This document shows, piece after piece, positions 46,981 through 56,234 of a DNA stretch of 64,000 bases. The stretch is from the NCBI GenBank assembly GCA_965371245.1, contig CBDUXT010000007.1, forward strand, positions 12,999 to 76,998, read 5' to 3'. Position 1 is the stretch's first letter, and each line of letters opens with the position of its first letter. This DNA comes from an uncultured bacterium (GTDB lineage: Bacteria > Planctomycetota > Phycisphaerae > UBA1845). The notes under the pieces are model-generated. The model searched no databases. It saw nothing but the letters and a program-made list of their open reading frames with translations, and had not been told where the DNA came from. The position numbers were made by a program, and so were the translations under genes.

Positions 46981-47403
46981 ATGCGTACAAGACTGAAGGA
47001 GACCCTGGTGGCCCGAGCGAGCCGATCCAATCAACAAGAACCCATCGGCGACGTGCTCCGGGCGCGCCGCATCGAGGAGCTGCACAAAGGCCTCCGCGAG
47101 ATGGCCAGGATTCTCGAGATTGCGCCGGCTCATCTGACTGACCTGGAGAAGGGTCGTCGCACCCCGTCAGAAGACCTGCTCTTACGCATTGCCCAGGCGT
47201 ACGGCATCGCTGAACCCGAGCTCCGCGCCGGCTGGAGCCGAGCTGAAGGCATCGTAAGCGAAGTCGCGACCCAAGACCCTCTTACCGCGGAAAAGGTCCC
47301 GGAGTTCCTGCGTACCGCGCGCAAGCTATCACAAGATCAGTGGGACAAACTCATCAGCGAAGCCCGTCGTATGTCGGCCAAGAAGGGGCGTCGCAAGGAT
47401 TGA
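46981..47403 (+). CDS. XRE-family helix-turn-helix regulator
   Basis: IGDVLRARRIEELHKGLREMARILEIAPAHLTDLEKGRRTPSEDLLLRIAQAYGI is the canonical Cro/C1 HTH pattern. Confidence 0.75.
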   Translation: MRTRLKETLVARASRSNQQEPIGDVLRARRIEELHKGLREMARILEIAPAHLTDLEKGRRTPSEDLLLRIAQAYGIAEPELRAGWSRAEGIVSEVATQDPLTAEKVPEFLRTARKLSQDQWDKLISEARRMSAKKGRRKD

Positions 47404-47406
47404 GGT

Positions 47407-48177
47407 TTGATGCCAGCAGCGCAGCCAGCCAAGTTGCTTGAACCACGCCGTGGCGGTCGGCAGACCGACCAGCGCGCCTGGTCCACGCTTGAGCGTTGTC
47501 GCACGAGGCTGGGTCTTGAGGGACTCCCGTTGCCGATACCGGTCGAAGAGTGGATCGAAGGCCCCCTTGGTATTCAATTCGGGTTCTCCGATCTCAGCCA
47601 CCTCGGTGACGGTGTTCTCGGCGCTGCGTTTGTCGATAGCCCCCAAATCCTGATCGACGAGAAGGCGCTGGAGCACGAAGGGCGGTGCCGTTTCACGTGT
47701 GCCCACGAACTCGGTCACCTGGTCATGCACAAACGCATCCGAGCGCGTTTCCATGGCACAACAGCCGGTGTCACGTTCTCAACGAACAAGTACGAGCGCC
47801 AGGCCGATCGTTTCGCCGCGGCGTTCCTGATGCCATTGCCACAGCTTGAGCGGGCGATCGTGCGCTCTTTCGACGATCGCCGCCTGGAACGGGTGCCCTG
47901 CACGCACGAGTTGAAGCAGGTTACTGCGGAGTCTGAGTGGCTTTGGCGTTACCGGGTTCTTCCGGCCATCACACGCACCTTCAATGTGTCGCTATCGGCG
48001 GCAGTATTCCGATGCACCGAAATCCAGTTACGGATCACGAACCCGCAGCCGTTGATGCCGAGGCGGTTGGTTCAAAGGCTGTTGGAACCGGCCGAACCCA
48101 ACGATACCGTCAGCGCAGTCCAAGTCATCGACGGTCGTCCCCAGTACCGCGAAACCCTGACGGGCGAGGCGTCATGA
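47407..48177 (+). CDS. ImmA/IrrE-family zinc metallopeptidase (DUF955-like)
   Basis: HEXXH in RFTCAHELGHLVMH, with downstream E...ADRFAAAFLMP typical of ImmA/IrrE. Starts 4 nt after the XRE gene. Confidence 0.75.
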   Translation: MMPAAQPAKLLEPRRGGRQTDQRAWSTLERCRTRLGLEGLPLPIPVEEWIEGPLGIQFGFSDLSHLGDGVLGAAFVDSPQILIDEKALEHEGRCRFTCAHELGHLVMHKRIRARFHGTTAGVTFSTNKYERQADRFAAAFLMPLPQLERAIVRSFDDRRLERVPCTHELKQVTAESEWLWRYRVLPAITRTFNVSLSAAVFRCTEIQLRITNPQPLMPRRLVQRLLEPAEPNDTVSAVQVIDGRPQYRETLTGEAS

Positions 48178-48230
48178 TTTTTTTTTGCGACAAATGTACG
48201 CATGTTAGCGAACGATATAAGGAGTTGGGC

Positions 48231-48506
48231 ATGAGCGACGCAGTGAAACCGATCAAGGAATTCCGCGCTGGCACGGCCGTGGCGGCCATCTGGGTCAGCA
48301 AGGCGGCGGTGAAGGGACGAAGCACGGCGCAGCATTCGATCCGCGTGCAAAAGCGTTATCGCGACGACCGTTCCGGCCAGTGGAAGTCGACCACGTATTT
48401 TCGCCCGGACGAATTGCCAAAACTCGCCCTCGTGGTGTCGCACGCGTACGAGTTCTTGACATTGCGCGAGGCCGCGGACATGGGTCCGACGCCAAAGCAG
48501 GATTGA
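48231..48506 (+). CDS. Small PC4-like (putative ssDNA-binding) protein, paralog 3
   Basis: AAGGAG 6 nt upstream of ATG 48231. IKEFRAGTAVAAIWVSKAAVKGRSTAQHSIRVQKRYRDDRSGQWKSTTYFRPDELPKLALVVSHAYEFL aligns with the paralogs at 25958 and 28078. Confidence 0.7.
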   Translation: MSDAVKPIKEFRAGTAVAAIWVSKAAVKGRSTAQHSIRVQKRYRDDRSGQWKSTTYFRPDELPKLALVVSHAYEFLTLREAADMGPTPKQD

Positions 48507-48518
48507 TTGCGGGGCGCT

Positions 48519-48842
48519 ATGCTGCAATACGACCTAACCGGCACGCGGCTCTTCCGCGCGGCTACGGGCACCGACCTTCCCGGTGACGGCGAGATGTTCG
48601 CGGTCACGGCAGCGCTGCTTCTACACCATGATGCATCATACGGCAGCTTGTCGCGGTGTACCCTGGTATTCGATGAGTCTGATCTCGCCGGCGTCGCCGA
48701 GTGCGTCGAATACCGTTTGCCTGCCCTCGTTTCTGACATCGGAGAAGGGACGCAGCTGCGCGAACGGTTGCGCGACTTCGTTGGCATGACCATCGGGTGC
48801 GACGTTCCCTTCACCCGTTGCGCTTCGCCGCATCCAACATGA
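48519..48842 (+). CDS. Hypothetical protein
   Basis: ORF immediately after the PC4-like gene. MLQYDLTGTRLFRAATGTDLPGDGEMFAVTAALLLHHDASYGSLSRCTLVFDESDLAGVAECVEYRL. No family was recognised. Confidence 0.35.
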   Translation: MLQYDLTGTRLFRAATGTDLPGDGEMFAVTAALLLHHDASYGSLSRCTLVFDESDLAGVAECVEYRLPALVSDIGEGTQLRERLRDFVGMTIGCDVPFTRCASPHPT

Positions 48843-48973
48843 GCCCCGAAACGAACGCCGGCCGGTGGCCGCCCCGACGGTGCCCGGTCTGATGGGGCTG
48901 GAGAACGAACCCATTGGCAGACCGCTGTGGACACCCGAAGTACCACTCAGCATCTTGACCCGGAGGGTAAGAA

Positions 48974-49306
48974 ATGACCGATCAAGCCCACAATTACCAA
49001 CCCGACGATGAGCAACGCAGCGCTCAGTTCGAACGCCAACCCGCCGACAATGTTCCGGGCGCGGCGTGCCGGCTTTCGAGCCTTCCCGACCCGTGTACTT
49101 CGGCCCAGCTTGCCGCCACCCTGGGCAAATCGCCGAAGACGCTTGTGGACTGGTGTCAGGAGCGCGCGTACACTCATATCCCGTGCTTTCGGCTCGGGAA
49201 CCGGTGGTATCACCGCCTTCCCGAGTTGATGCGATGGCTCAACGGGATCAAGAGTGGTCAGGTCGAGTTTCGCCGTAAACCGCGCATCTCCGGGAAAAGG
49301 AGGTGA
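48974..49306 (+). CDS. xis: Excisionase-type (MerR/HTH_17-like) DNA-binding protein
   Basis: GGAGGG upstream. TSAQLAATLGKSPKTLVDWCQERAYTHIPCFRLGNRWYHRLPELMRWL fits the excisionase HTH pattern (..aa..Lgvs..Tly.w...g.iP..r.G.r..f....l..Wl). Sits 3 nt before int. Confidence 0.6.
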   Translation: MTDQAHNYQPDDEQRSAQFERQPADNVPGAACRLSSLPDPCTSAQLAATLGKSPKTLVDWCQERAYTHIPCFRLGNRWYHRLPELMRWLNGIKSGQVEFRRKPRISGKRR

Positions 49307-49309
49307 CGT

Positions 49310-50620
49310 ATGGCGAGAAAGGAGGAACGATCTCACCGTTGGACGAAGTCAGAACGCGTCGGCGAGGTTACGCTCTTTCTTACACCGCGTAGTCCATACT
49401 GGCAAATGTACTGGGAGATCGAGGTGCCAGCGCCCAACGGCCAAGCTGGTCGGGCGGCATCACCTCGTCAGGCGGTTTCAAAGAGCACTCGCGAAACAGA
49501 TCTCGCGTTCGCCCGGCTCGTTGCCGGCCGCAGGAGTGAGGAGCTCTTTCGGGGGCGGCACTATCCGGAGGAGCGGCAGGCGCCGCAGCAAACGCGGATC
49601 GGCCCGGTGTTCGATGCATTCATCGCGTACATCGAAACGTTGGATCGCAGCCACGACTACGTTTCGAAGCTCAAGGGAAGACTGAAGTGCCTGATAGGCT
49701 GGATGGAGAAGCGACGGTTGGTCTTTGTGCAAGACATTAGCGCGAGCTTGTTGCAGAGGTTCCAGACGTATCTGCGGACCGAACGAGGTGTCACGACGTC
49801 GACAGCGAATCATTATCTCGACGCCGTGCACAATTTCTGCGGCTACGCCATCTTCAAGCGCAAGCTCATGGCCGGCCCGAACCCGGCGGCCACAGGGCGC
49901 CAAGCTGAATTGGATCGGCTCCCGCGCCGCACGCTTCCGCCACCGACCATTTATCCGGATCAGGTCAACGCCGTGATCGAGGCGGCCGCAAACCACTTTG
50001 ATACGCAGATTGTGAACCTCATCGTGTTCATCTGCGAAGGTGGCTTTCGATTTCAGGAGCTCCAGTTTCTTCAGGTCGGCGACATCGACCTCAAGGAGCG
50101 CGAGATCATCCTGGACATCAAGCGGCCTGAACCCGGCCGGGTTCGCCCGGAGCTGCGCAGGCGATGCCTGACGGCCGAGGGACTATGGGTTCCCAAGAGT
50201 CGTGCCGCCCGCCGTCCGGTGCATATCACCGACCGGCTGGCACGAACGATCGGGTCCATGGGACTCGGGCAGGCAACTGATTGGGTGTTTCTCAATCAGG
50301 CGGGAAACCAGATCGCCGGCAACAAGACCCTTGACCACCTCAAGCGATACGCGCTTGAAGCGGACGTGTTGGTGGAACCGCATCCGAAGACGGGTGAGCC
50401 TTGGTCTTTGCTTCGATGGCACTGGCTTAGGCACTACCATCGAACTCGTGCCCACGTCAGCAAGATCCGACGCGAGGTGTCAAAGCTCGCGATGGGTCAT
50501 GCGGCCGACCCCGTCCATGACCACTACCGTGGCTTGGACCGGTTTGCGTTTCACGCGGAGTACGCCAAGTTCGAGAGTGGGCTCGATGACGCGCTTCTGA
50601 CCACGAAAAAGGCGCCTTAA
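49310..50620 (+). CDS. int: Tyrosine recombinase / phage-type integrase adjacent to ssrA
   Basis: GGAGGTG upstream. Catalytic motifs GGFRFQELQFLQVGDI, WVPKSRAARRPVHI, WHWLRHYHRTRA, LAMGHAADPVHDHY. The stop lies 77 nt from the tmRNA 3' end. Confidence 0.9.
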   Translation: MARKEERSHRWTKSERVGEVTLFLTPRSPYWQMYWEIEVPAPNGQAGRAASPRQAVSKSTRETDLAFARLVAGRRSEELFRGRHYPEERQAPQQTRIGPVFDAFIAYIETLDRSHDYVSKLKGRLKCLIGWMEKRRLVFVQDISASLLQRFQTYLRTERGVTTSTANHYLDAVHNFCGYAIFKRKLMAGPNPAATGRQAELDRLPRRTLPPPTIYPDQVNAVIEAAANHFDTQIVNLIVFICEGGFRFQELQFLQVGDIDLKEREIILDIKRPEPGRVRPELRRRCLTAEGLWVPKSRAARRPVHITDRLARTIGSMGLGQATDWVFLNQAGNQIAGNKTLDHLKRYALEADVLVEPHPKTGEPWSLLRWHWLRHYHRTRAHVSKIRREVSKLAMGHAADPVHDHYRGLDRFAFHAEYAKFESGLDDALLTTKKAP

Positions 50621-50630
50621 GGTCAGAGTT

Positions 50631-50650
50631 ACTGGGCACTGACTGGGCAC
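50631..50650 (+). promoter_or_regulatory. Two direct ACTGGGCAC 9-mers, 11 bp centre-to-centre (candidate integrase arm/core-type sites)
   Basis: actgggcac (50631-39), tg, actgggcac (50642-50), lying between the int stop and the ssrA 3' end. Confidence 0.35.
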
Positions 50651-50697
50651 ACCTTTTTTCGTGCTTGTAACCCTTTGTCTGACAACGAGTTAGTAAC

Positions 50698-51049
50698 TGG
50701 AGGCGGGGGGAATCGAACCCCCGTCCCGCGACGGCTCCGGTGGTGCCTCTACGTGCGTAGTCGGTCGTTTGAATCTCGGAAGCGCCGGCGCCGGCCGACA
50801 GGCTCTGGTGCTTCCCAGTCCGACTGTGAGTTCGCCCACGCGCGGTCAGGCGTCACGCGCGGGCTAGCCCGCTTATCGGCGTCTTACGGATTAGCGAGCG
50901 TCATCCGATCGACGGGCTACCTATCTCTAGGCGGCCATGGCAAATGAAGAGTTGCCATTTCTAGTTGCGCCAGGTGTTTAACGAGGCCTCCTGACAACCT
51001 CGGCACGCCACACTACCTTTGACTCGCCCGGTCGAATCCAATCGCCCCC
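50698..51049 (-). ncRNA. ssrA: tmRNA (transfer-messenger RNA, one-piece)
   Basis: On the minus strand the 5' end is GGGGGCGATTGGATTCGACCGGG and the 3' end is GGACGGGGGTTCGATTCCCCCCGCCTCCA (T-arm + acceptor). The acceptor stem GGGGGCG/CGCCUCC has the G3:U pair. The internal tag ORF GCA ACT AGA AAT GGC AAC TCT TCA TTT GCC ATG GCC GCC TAG gives (A)TRNGNSSFAMAA*. Confidence 0.92.
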
Positions 51050-51704
51050 GACGGATCGAATCACTGCGACGATCGATGCCTCCCGTTTGGCAGGGCTCCC
51101 TTCGTCCGTCCAGATGCTAGACGCTCAACCCCCGTAGTCAACCGCGGTGGTGCTTTGCGACCGTTCCCGGGCGCATGACAGCTTTGGCGGGGGGGGGTGC
51201 AAAGCCATCTTGACGGCGCCACGCTGCGTCAGAGCCGTGGGCGCAAGCCCACGGGCACGATGCGAACAAGCACAGGGCTTCTACGATACAAGACCGGTCA
51301 CAGGGCTCGCGCCCTATGCTCTGAAAACTGCCCGCCGATTCGGTGATGCAACCACCGTTCCCCTGCACACGGCTCTTACAACGAAGTGGCGCCATACGGG
51401 ACGCACCGCAGCGCGCTTGCAAAGCTACGTCCCCAATGCCGGTCTTTGTGCGAGGTCTCTTCGGCCGTTCCTGGTTCCGTGCGGGCGCGACCGAATCGGG
51501 ACTATGCGGCGCATTTTCGCGGCCAACCTATCCCCGGTCGATCTAGGCGTCCGACACGCGTGGAATGATGGATGCCATGGCCAAGCGCGGCGCCGCATGT
51601 CGTTCGTCCCAGGACCCGGGCTGGAACGCCGGACCGTCGTACCCCTCAATCCATTTGTGTCGCGGCACTAGTGCTGCGACACGACTCATTCGATGGGTGG
51701 CGCG

Positions 51705-51782
51705 GGGTGGCATGGGCAAACTCGTTTGCCCGTGCTCTTCCGATCGCCTACACGGGCAAGCTGCCGCTTGCCCATGCCACCC
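51705..51782. repeat. Composite palindromic element (outer stem enclosing two hairpins), variant copy
   Basis: Outer stem gggtggcatg...catgccaccc. Inner hairpins gggcaaactcgtttgccc and gggcaagctgccgcttgccc. Same architecture as the copies at 56235 and 60898. Confidence 0.6.
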
Positions 51783-51975
51783 ACCAAATCACGTGTGTCA
51801 ACGCACTAGCACATCGCCACGCATAAACTTGCGAGTTGGGTGGCTCGTGGCTTTAGCCGAAGGGGACGCGAATCCGGTGAGTACTCGAGTCCCCCACCTC
51901 TGACGAGGTGGGCTTCCCACCGAGCAAGACCCGCAGATTCAAGGTTGGCCGTACAAGAGTTTGACGTAGGTTTAC

Positions 51976-53091
51976 TCAGCCGCGCATGCGGGCCGCGCGC
52001 GTCAGCCGCGCGCTGAGGCGCGAGGTTCTGGAAACCGAGCGGCGGGTCTTGGTGCCCTTGGCTGACTTGGGATCGTCGGGGGCATTCGGATCATCGAAGC
52101 AACAGCCGAGGCGGCGGATTCGCTCCTGGCGACGCCGAAGTAACGCATGGGGTGTGCGCCGCTTCAGGTCGTTCAGCGCACCTACGATGTGTTTCTCCAA
52201 AGTGGCGGCCGCCCCCTCTGGGTCTCGATGGGCGCCCCCGATCGGCTCCGGAATGATCTCATCCACCAGGTCCAGACGGATGAGGTCGCGCGCGGTTAGC
52301 TTCAGAGCCTCCGCCGCGTGTTGGCGGCGCTCCGCCGTCTTCCAGAGAATGGCCGCACATCCCTCGGGCGAAATCACTGAGTAAAACGCGTGCTGCATGA
52401 TGGCCACACGGTCGCCGACGGCCAGTCCCAGCGCCCCTCCGCTGCCACCCTCGCCGATCACGACACAGACAATCGGGGTACGCAGGCGGGACATCTCCAT
52501 GAGGTTGGTGGCGATCGCCTGGCCGATGCCGCGTTCCTCGGAGCCGATCCCTGGATAGGCGCCTTGCGTATCGACCAGGCAAACGACCGGCAGCCCGTAT
52601 TTTTCAGCAAGGCGCATCTTCAACAGGGCTTTGCGATAGCCTTCCGGATGAGCACATCCGAAGTTGCATGCGATGCGTTCGGTGACCTCCTTGCCCTTGT
52701 TGTGCCCGATGAACATCACCTTGTGGCCGCCGATCCGGGCGAAGCCGGTCATGATGGCCTTGTCGTCGCCGAAGGTTCGATCGCCGTGCAGCTCGGTAAA
52801 ATCACGGAAGATCATTCGCAGATAATCGGTAGAGAGGGGGCGCTTCGCGTGACGCGCGACCAGGACGGTCTCCCACGGCGTCAGGCTGTTGTACAACCGT
52901 TTGAGCGTTGTCTTGAATCGGGTGCGCTGTTGTCGGATGTCGGTCGTGAGCTCGCGCTTGCCGAGGCCGTGCTCCCGCTCCATCTCCTGGATGTCGTTCT
53001 GGATGCGCGCGAGCGGTTTCTCGAACTCGAGGAACGGTCCCACACCTGGTGCGGCGGCACCGCCCGACATGACTGCCGGTTCCGTACTCAT
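51976..53091 (-). CDS. accA: Acetyl-CoA carboxylase carboxyltransferase alpha subunit
   Basis: LEFEKPLARIQNDIQEME, LTPWETVLVARHAKRP, ELHGDRTFGDDKAIMTGFARIGG, PVVCLVDTQGAYPGIGSEERGIGQAIA, VIGEGGSGGALGLAVGD, SVISPEGCAAILWK. ORF is open to 53226 and the start is placed at MSTEPAV. There is a basic ~45-aa C-terminal extension. Confidence 0.92.
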   Translation of the reverse strand: MSTEPAVMSGGAAAPGVGPFLEFEKPLARIQNDIQEMEREHGLGKRELTTDIRQQRTRFKTTLKRLYNSLTPWETVLVARHAKRPLSTDYLRMIFRDFTELHGDRTFGDDKAIMTGFARIGGHKVMFIGHNKGKEVTERIACNFGCAHPEGYRKALLKMRLAEKYGLPVVCLVDTQGAYPGIGSEERGIGQAIATNLMEMSRLRTPIVCVVIGEGGSGGALGLAVGDRVAIMQHAFYSVISPEGCAAILWKTAERRQHAAEALKLTARDLIRLDLVDEIIPEPIGGAHRDPEGAAATLEKHIVGALNDLKRRTPHALLRRRQERIRRLGCCFDDPNAPDDPKSAKGTKTRRSVSRTSRLSARLTRAARMRG

Positions 53092-53294
53092 CGTTGGGCT
53101 CGCTGAGAATCTGTGTTGGCGATTACCGTTTCGACCGTCCATCCGCGCCGACGGCCCCAGTGTTGGCGAACAGATTATCCTTTGATCGGCACGAGGCAAG
53201 GATATTCGAGAACTCGCCCAAAACATTTCAACCGAGGGTCGAGCCGAATCCGTGCCGAGATAGCCACTAAGGTCTTGTCAAATAGATGGTTACG

Positions 53295-54521
53295 TCACGG
53301 CGCATGGGGTTTGTCGAGTGCATCTCCCTGGCGTATGACCTCATCGATCCGCCGGACCGCTTCCTTCATGACTTCGGCTGCTTCGGCCGGCATGGCGATA
53401 CGAAGGGCGATCCGACTGAGAAGTACGTCGAGCTCGTGGATGATCCGGCGGCGCTGCGATCGTTTGTCGCTCGCGTCTTGGGTTGAGACGATCCCGGGCG
53501 ATCGATCCGTCGCCGGCGATGACACCTCCGCAAGCCGGCGCGTCAACGCGCCCGCCATCTTCAGCATCGTGTCGCCCTCGCCTGGATACACACGGCCGAT
53601 ACCGCGGGCGGCCGCGTGCAATCGAGCGAACGCGCCATCGATCCAGGGAAGAAGTGCCGGATCAATGGCCTTTTCATCCGGAAGCAGAACGCGGGCCGCC
53701 TGATCGAACCGTTCCGCAGCGATGAGGCTCTCGATGGATTCGGCTCGACCGGGCGAAGCGGCTGCCTTCTTGTGTTTCGCTCTGGGCGGCACTTCAGAGG
53801 GAGGCGCGGTCACTTTGACGTCGCCGATGGTTAGGGGCGATTCGATTCGATGTTCGACTGTCGTCGTCTGCGAGGCGACTTGCGGGGATTGTGGCGAGAA
53901 GGCCGCGCCTGTGGCGTTGGTTCCACGGTCGTCATCCATCGCGGCGGGTGTCGCGCTCTGCGGGCCGATGGGCGGCGCGTCGCGCGCGTCTGAAAGGGCT
54001 ATCTGGATCTCCACGCTGCGCGATGCAAGCGAGCTGCCGGCTGGGTACAGTTCTGTAACCGGGCCGGCCGCCGACAAGCCTTGCCGTTCGACCCACTCGA
54101 AGACCACGGCGTAGTCCCGACTCGGCGCGGGGGATCGACCTTCGATGGTCATCGACGCGACGCGTTCCGCTTTCCGGGTGGCCGTTTGGAAACCGGAGCT
54201 GGGCTCGTGCTCGTCGTGAAGGATGAAGCCGATCTCGGTCTCAAGTGACGCGCCCAGGCTGCGGGGAGCCTTCAGATAGCGGATGAACAGTGGGCCGGGC
54301 TGGCGGTGTTGGACCATGTACGCACGCACCTCGCGTACGAGGGGGCCAATGGTCCAGTAGGTTCCCTTGTGGGCTCGATAGGCCACCCGTAGCGGCTCCA
54401 ACTGCCGCAGCTTGATGACGGCGCCGTTGCTCTTCGTCGGAACCGGCTGCTCGGGCGAAAGCCCTCCGCAGGCTGCCTGCGCGAACGATAGGGCAAGCCG
54501 GCATAAGACAGTTGAAATCAT
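53295..54521 (-). CDS. Secreted/lipoprotein-like protein with N-terminal GyrI-like (effector-binding) fold and helical C-terminal region
   Basis: Signal-like MISTVLCRLALSFAQAACGG. The pattern RVAYRAHKGTYWTIGPLVREVRAYM...ETEIGF...RVASMTIEGRSPAPSRDYAVVFEWVERQGL...PVTELY resembles duplicated GyrI-like halves (inference). Confidence 0.45.
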   Translation of the reverse strand: MISTVLCRLALSFAQAACGGLSPEQPVPTKSNGAVIKLRQLEPLRVAYRAHKGTYWTIGPLVREVRAYMVQHRQPGPLFIRYLKAPRSLGASLETEIGFILHDEHEPSSGFQTATRKAERVASMTIEGRSPAPSRDYAVVFEWVERQGLSAAGPVTELYPAGSSLASRSVEIQIALSDARDAPPIGPQSATPAAMDDDRGTNATGAAFSPQSPQVASQTTTVEHRIESPLTIGDVKVTAPPSEVPPRAKHKKAAASPGRAESIESLIAAERFDQAARVLLPDEKAIDPALLPWIDGAFARLHAAARGIGRVYPGEGDTMLKMAGALTRRLAEVSSPATDRSPGIVSTQDASDKRSQRRRIIHELDVLLSRIALRIAMPAEAAEVMKEAVRRIDEVIRQGDALDKPHAP

Positions 54522-54621
54522 GTTCGCCCCTTCAGTGCGTTCTAACCGCGACCGCACGATCGGTTGCGGCTGGGTTCCTGGATAGCAGCTTTCCGAGGCG
54601 GGTCAATACCCGTTGCGAAAC

Positions 54622-55247
54622 TTAGCCCAAGTTACGCAGTTGCGAAGTGATATCGGCCTTGGCGTTATCGTCAGGGCTGACTTTTCGCAAGAGTCGTGAC
54701 TGCATTTGTTCGATTTCATCGATCCTTTTCAGTCGTTGGGGAAGGTCAAGACCCAGCCGGTTGAGCAAGACATTTTGAGCATCATCCGGCTTGGTGACGC
54801 ATCGCAATCGTATCGTTCGCTTGCTCCCGTCGGCCATCTTGGCTGTCCGGGGCGAACACTCGTAGCAGTCCGCGCTTTGGTAGGTCGGGTCATCGACCCG
54901 GCACCTTCGGGCCACGTTCGACGTCGTACGGATTCGCGCGTACCCTTAGCGCGGTGGCGTTGCGAAGTCGCGTGGCACATCGATGCCTGATAAGTGGGAA
55001 GAACGGTTCGGCAGTCGAGAATACGCGACGCTCTGGCGGCGGACAGGTCAACGTCTTGGGATGAGATATCGGTGCCGCGCCATGCCGGGTCGATGACCCG
55101 ACCTATCCGGCTCTCTCGTTTCGACAGTTCACCGAGATACGCGACCACACGATGCCGGGAGCCTTTGCCCGTGCGATACGATTCGACGAGCGCCCAATAC
55201 GTGTGCTTCTTGCGACCCTTGCGTCGTTCCAAACGCTTGAGAAACAT
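54622..55247 (-). pseudogene. Internally deleted/frameshifted IS4/IS1634-like transposase remnant
   Basis: N-terminal MFLKRLERRKGRKKHTYWALVESYRTGKGSRHRVVAYLGEL (55247 downward), and in another frame a C-terminal-type RTIRLRCVTKPDDAQNVLLNRLGLDLPQRL (ORF 54622..54915). The DDE core between them is absent. Confidence 0.55.
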
Positions 55248-55715
55248 GGCATCCCTGCTGTTGAGTAACGTTTCCTCTACAACGAGAATGGCACAAAAAA
55301 ACGCTCGGGCAAGCAACTTGGTCGTGACTACACGGCGTTTGAGCAGACAAATCCTTCAGCATGGCCCGCTATCGATGGGTTCTTTTCAAAGATTCCTCCG
55401 AATCTTCAACTACTGCGTAACTTGGGCTAGCAGGAGAGGCGGGCCTTCCAGGGACGGGAGCGCGTCTGGGGCTTGGGGATCCAACGCTCGGTAGGGCCTG
55501 CCGGGGCACGGAATGCCAACCACCGATGTACGACTCGACAAGCCAAATCGTTGGGCACGTCCGGGATGCACCGCTTCTTTTGCTCATCCGGTCATCGGCG
55601 GCTATGTTTCCAGCACGATGCGACAGACCGGTCTTGGCGTTGCTCCGTAGCGCGCGTGGTTCAACGGGCCGTCGGCGGCGACCGGCCGGCCCGGTCCGGC
55701 TCAGGAGGATGGATC

Positions 55716-56066
55716 GTGAACGATGCGACGACGACGGTGGCCGACTTGAAGTCCCTGGTCCAAGACTTCGTCGCCCAGCGAGCGTGGGAGCCGTTCCACG
55801 ACGCGAAGAACCTCTCCTGCTCGATCGCCATCGAGGCGGCCGAATTGATGGAACATTTCCAGTGGCTGAGAAGCGATCAACTTCCGTCGGTCCGAAAGGA
55901 CGAGGCGCAAATGCAACAGGTTCGAGAGGAGATCGCGGACGTCCTCGCCTACGTCGTGTCGTTTGCGAGCACCATGGAGATCGACCTGGCCTCGGCGCTC
56001 AAGGACAAGATGCAAAAAAACGCCGTGAAGTACCCCGCCGATTCCTATCGCGGGCGGTTTCGTTGA
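55716..56066 (+). CDS. MazG-type nucleotide pyrophosphohydrolase domain protein
   Basis: GGAGGA upstream of GTG 55716. FVAQRAWEPFHDAKNLSCSIAIEAAELMEHFQW...VREEIADVLAYVVSFASTMEIDLASALKDKMQKNAVKYP carries the EExxE...D motifs. Confidence 0.75.
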   Translation: MNDATTTVADLKSLVQDFVAQRAWEPFHDAKNLSCSIAIEAAELMEHFQWLRSDQLPSVRKDEAQMQQVREEIADVLAYVVSFASTMEIDLASALKDKMQKNAVKYPADSYRGRFR

Positions 56067-56234
56067 GGCGGCGGGGCCGCCTATTCATGCGGGCGCTGCC
56101 ACGTGATGGGCTTGGGCGGGGCATCGCCGCGGCCATGCGGCCGGTGCGACACGCGTTGCTCATTGAGCGGTGCGCATCGCCCACGGCGCATCGGTTTTGC
56201 CTACGCCGGTCTGTCGAAGAAAGGTTCCCCTCTT

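Larger units (their letters stand above)
36275..50697. mobile_element. Genomic island integrated at the ssrA 3' end (right-hand unit; left boundary uncertain)
   Basis: int + xis face the tmRNA 3' end. Cargo is R-M/Abi remnants, XRE-ImmA/IrrE, and lower-GC stretches by eye (about 36.4-43.2 kb). The left limit is set provisionally at the integrase stump. No tmRNA-derived direct repeat was found by eye. Confidence 0.55.
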
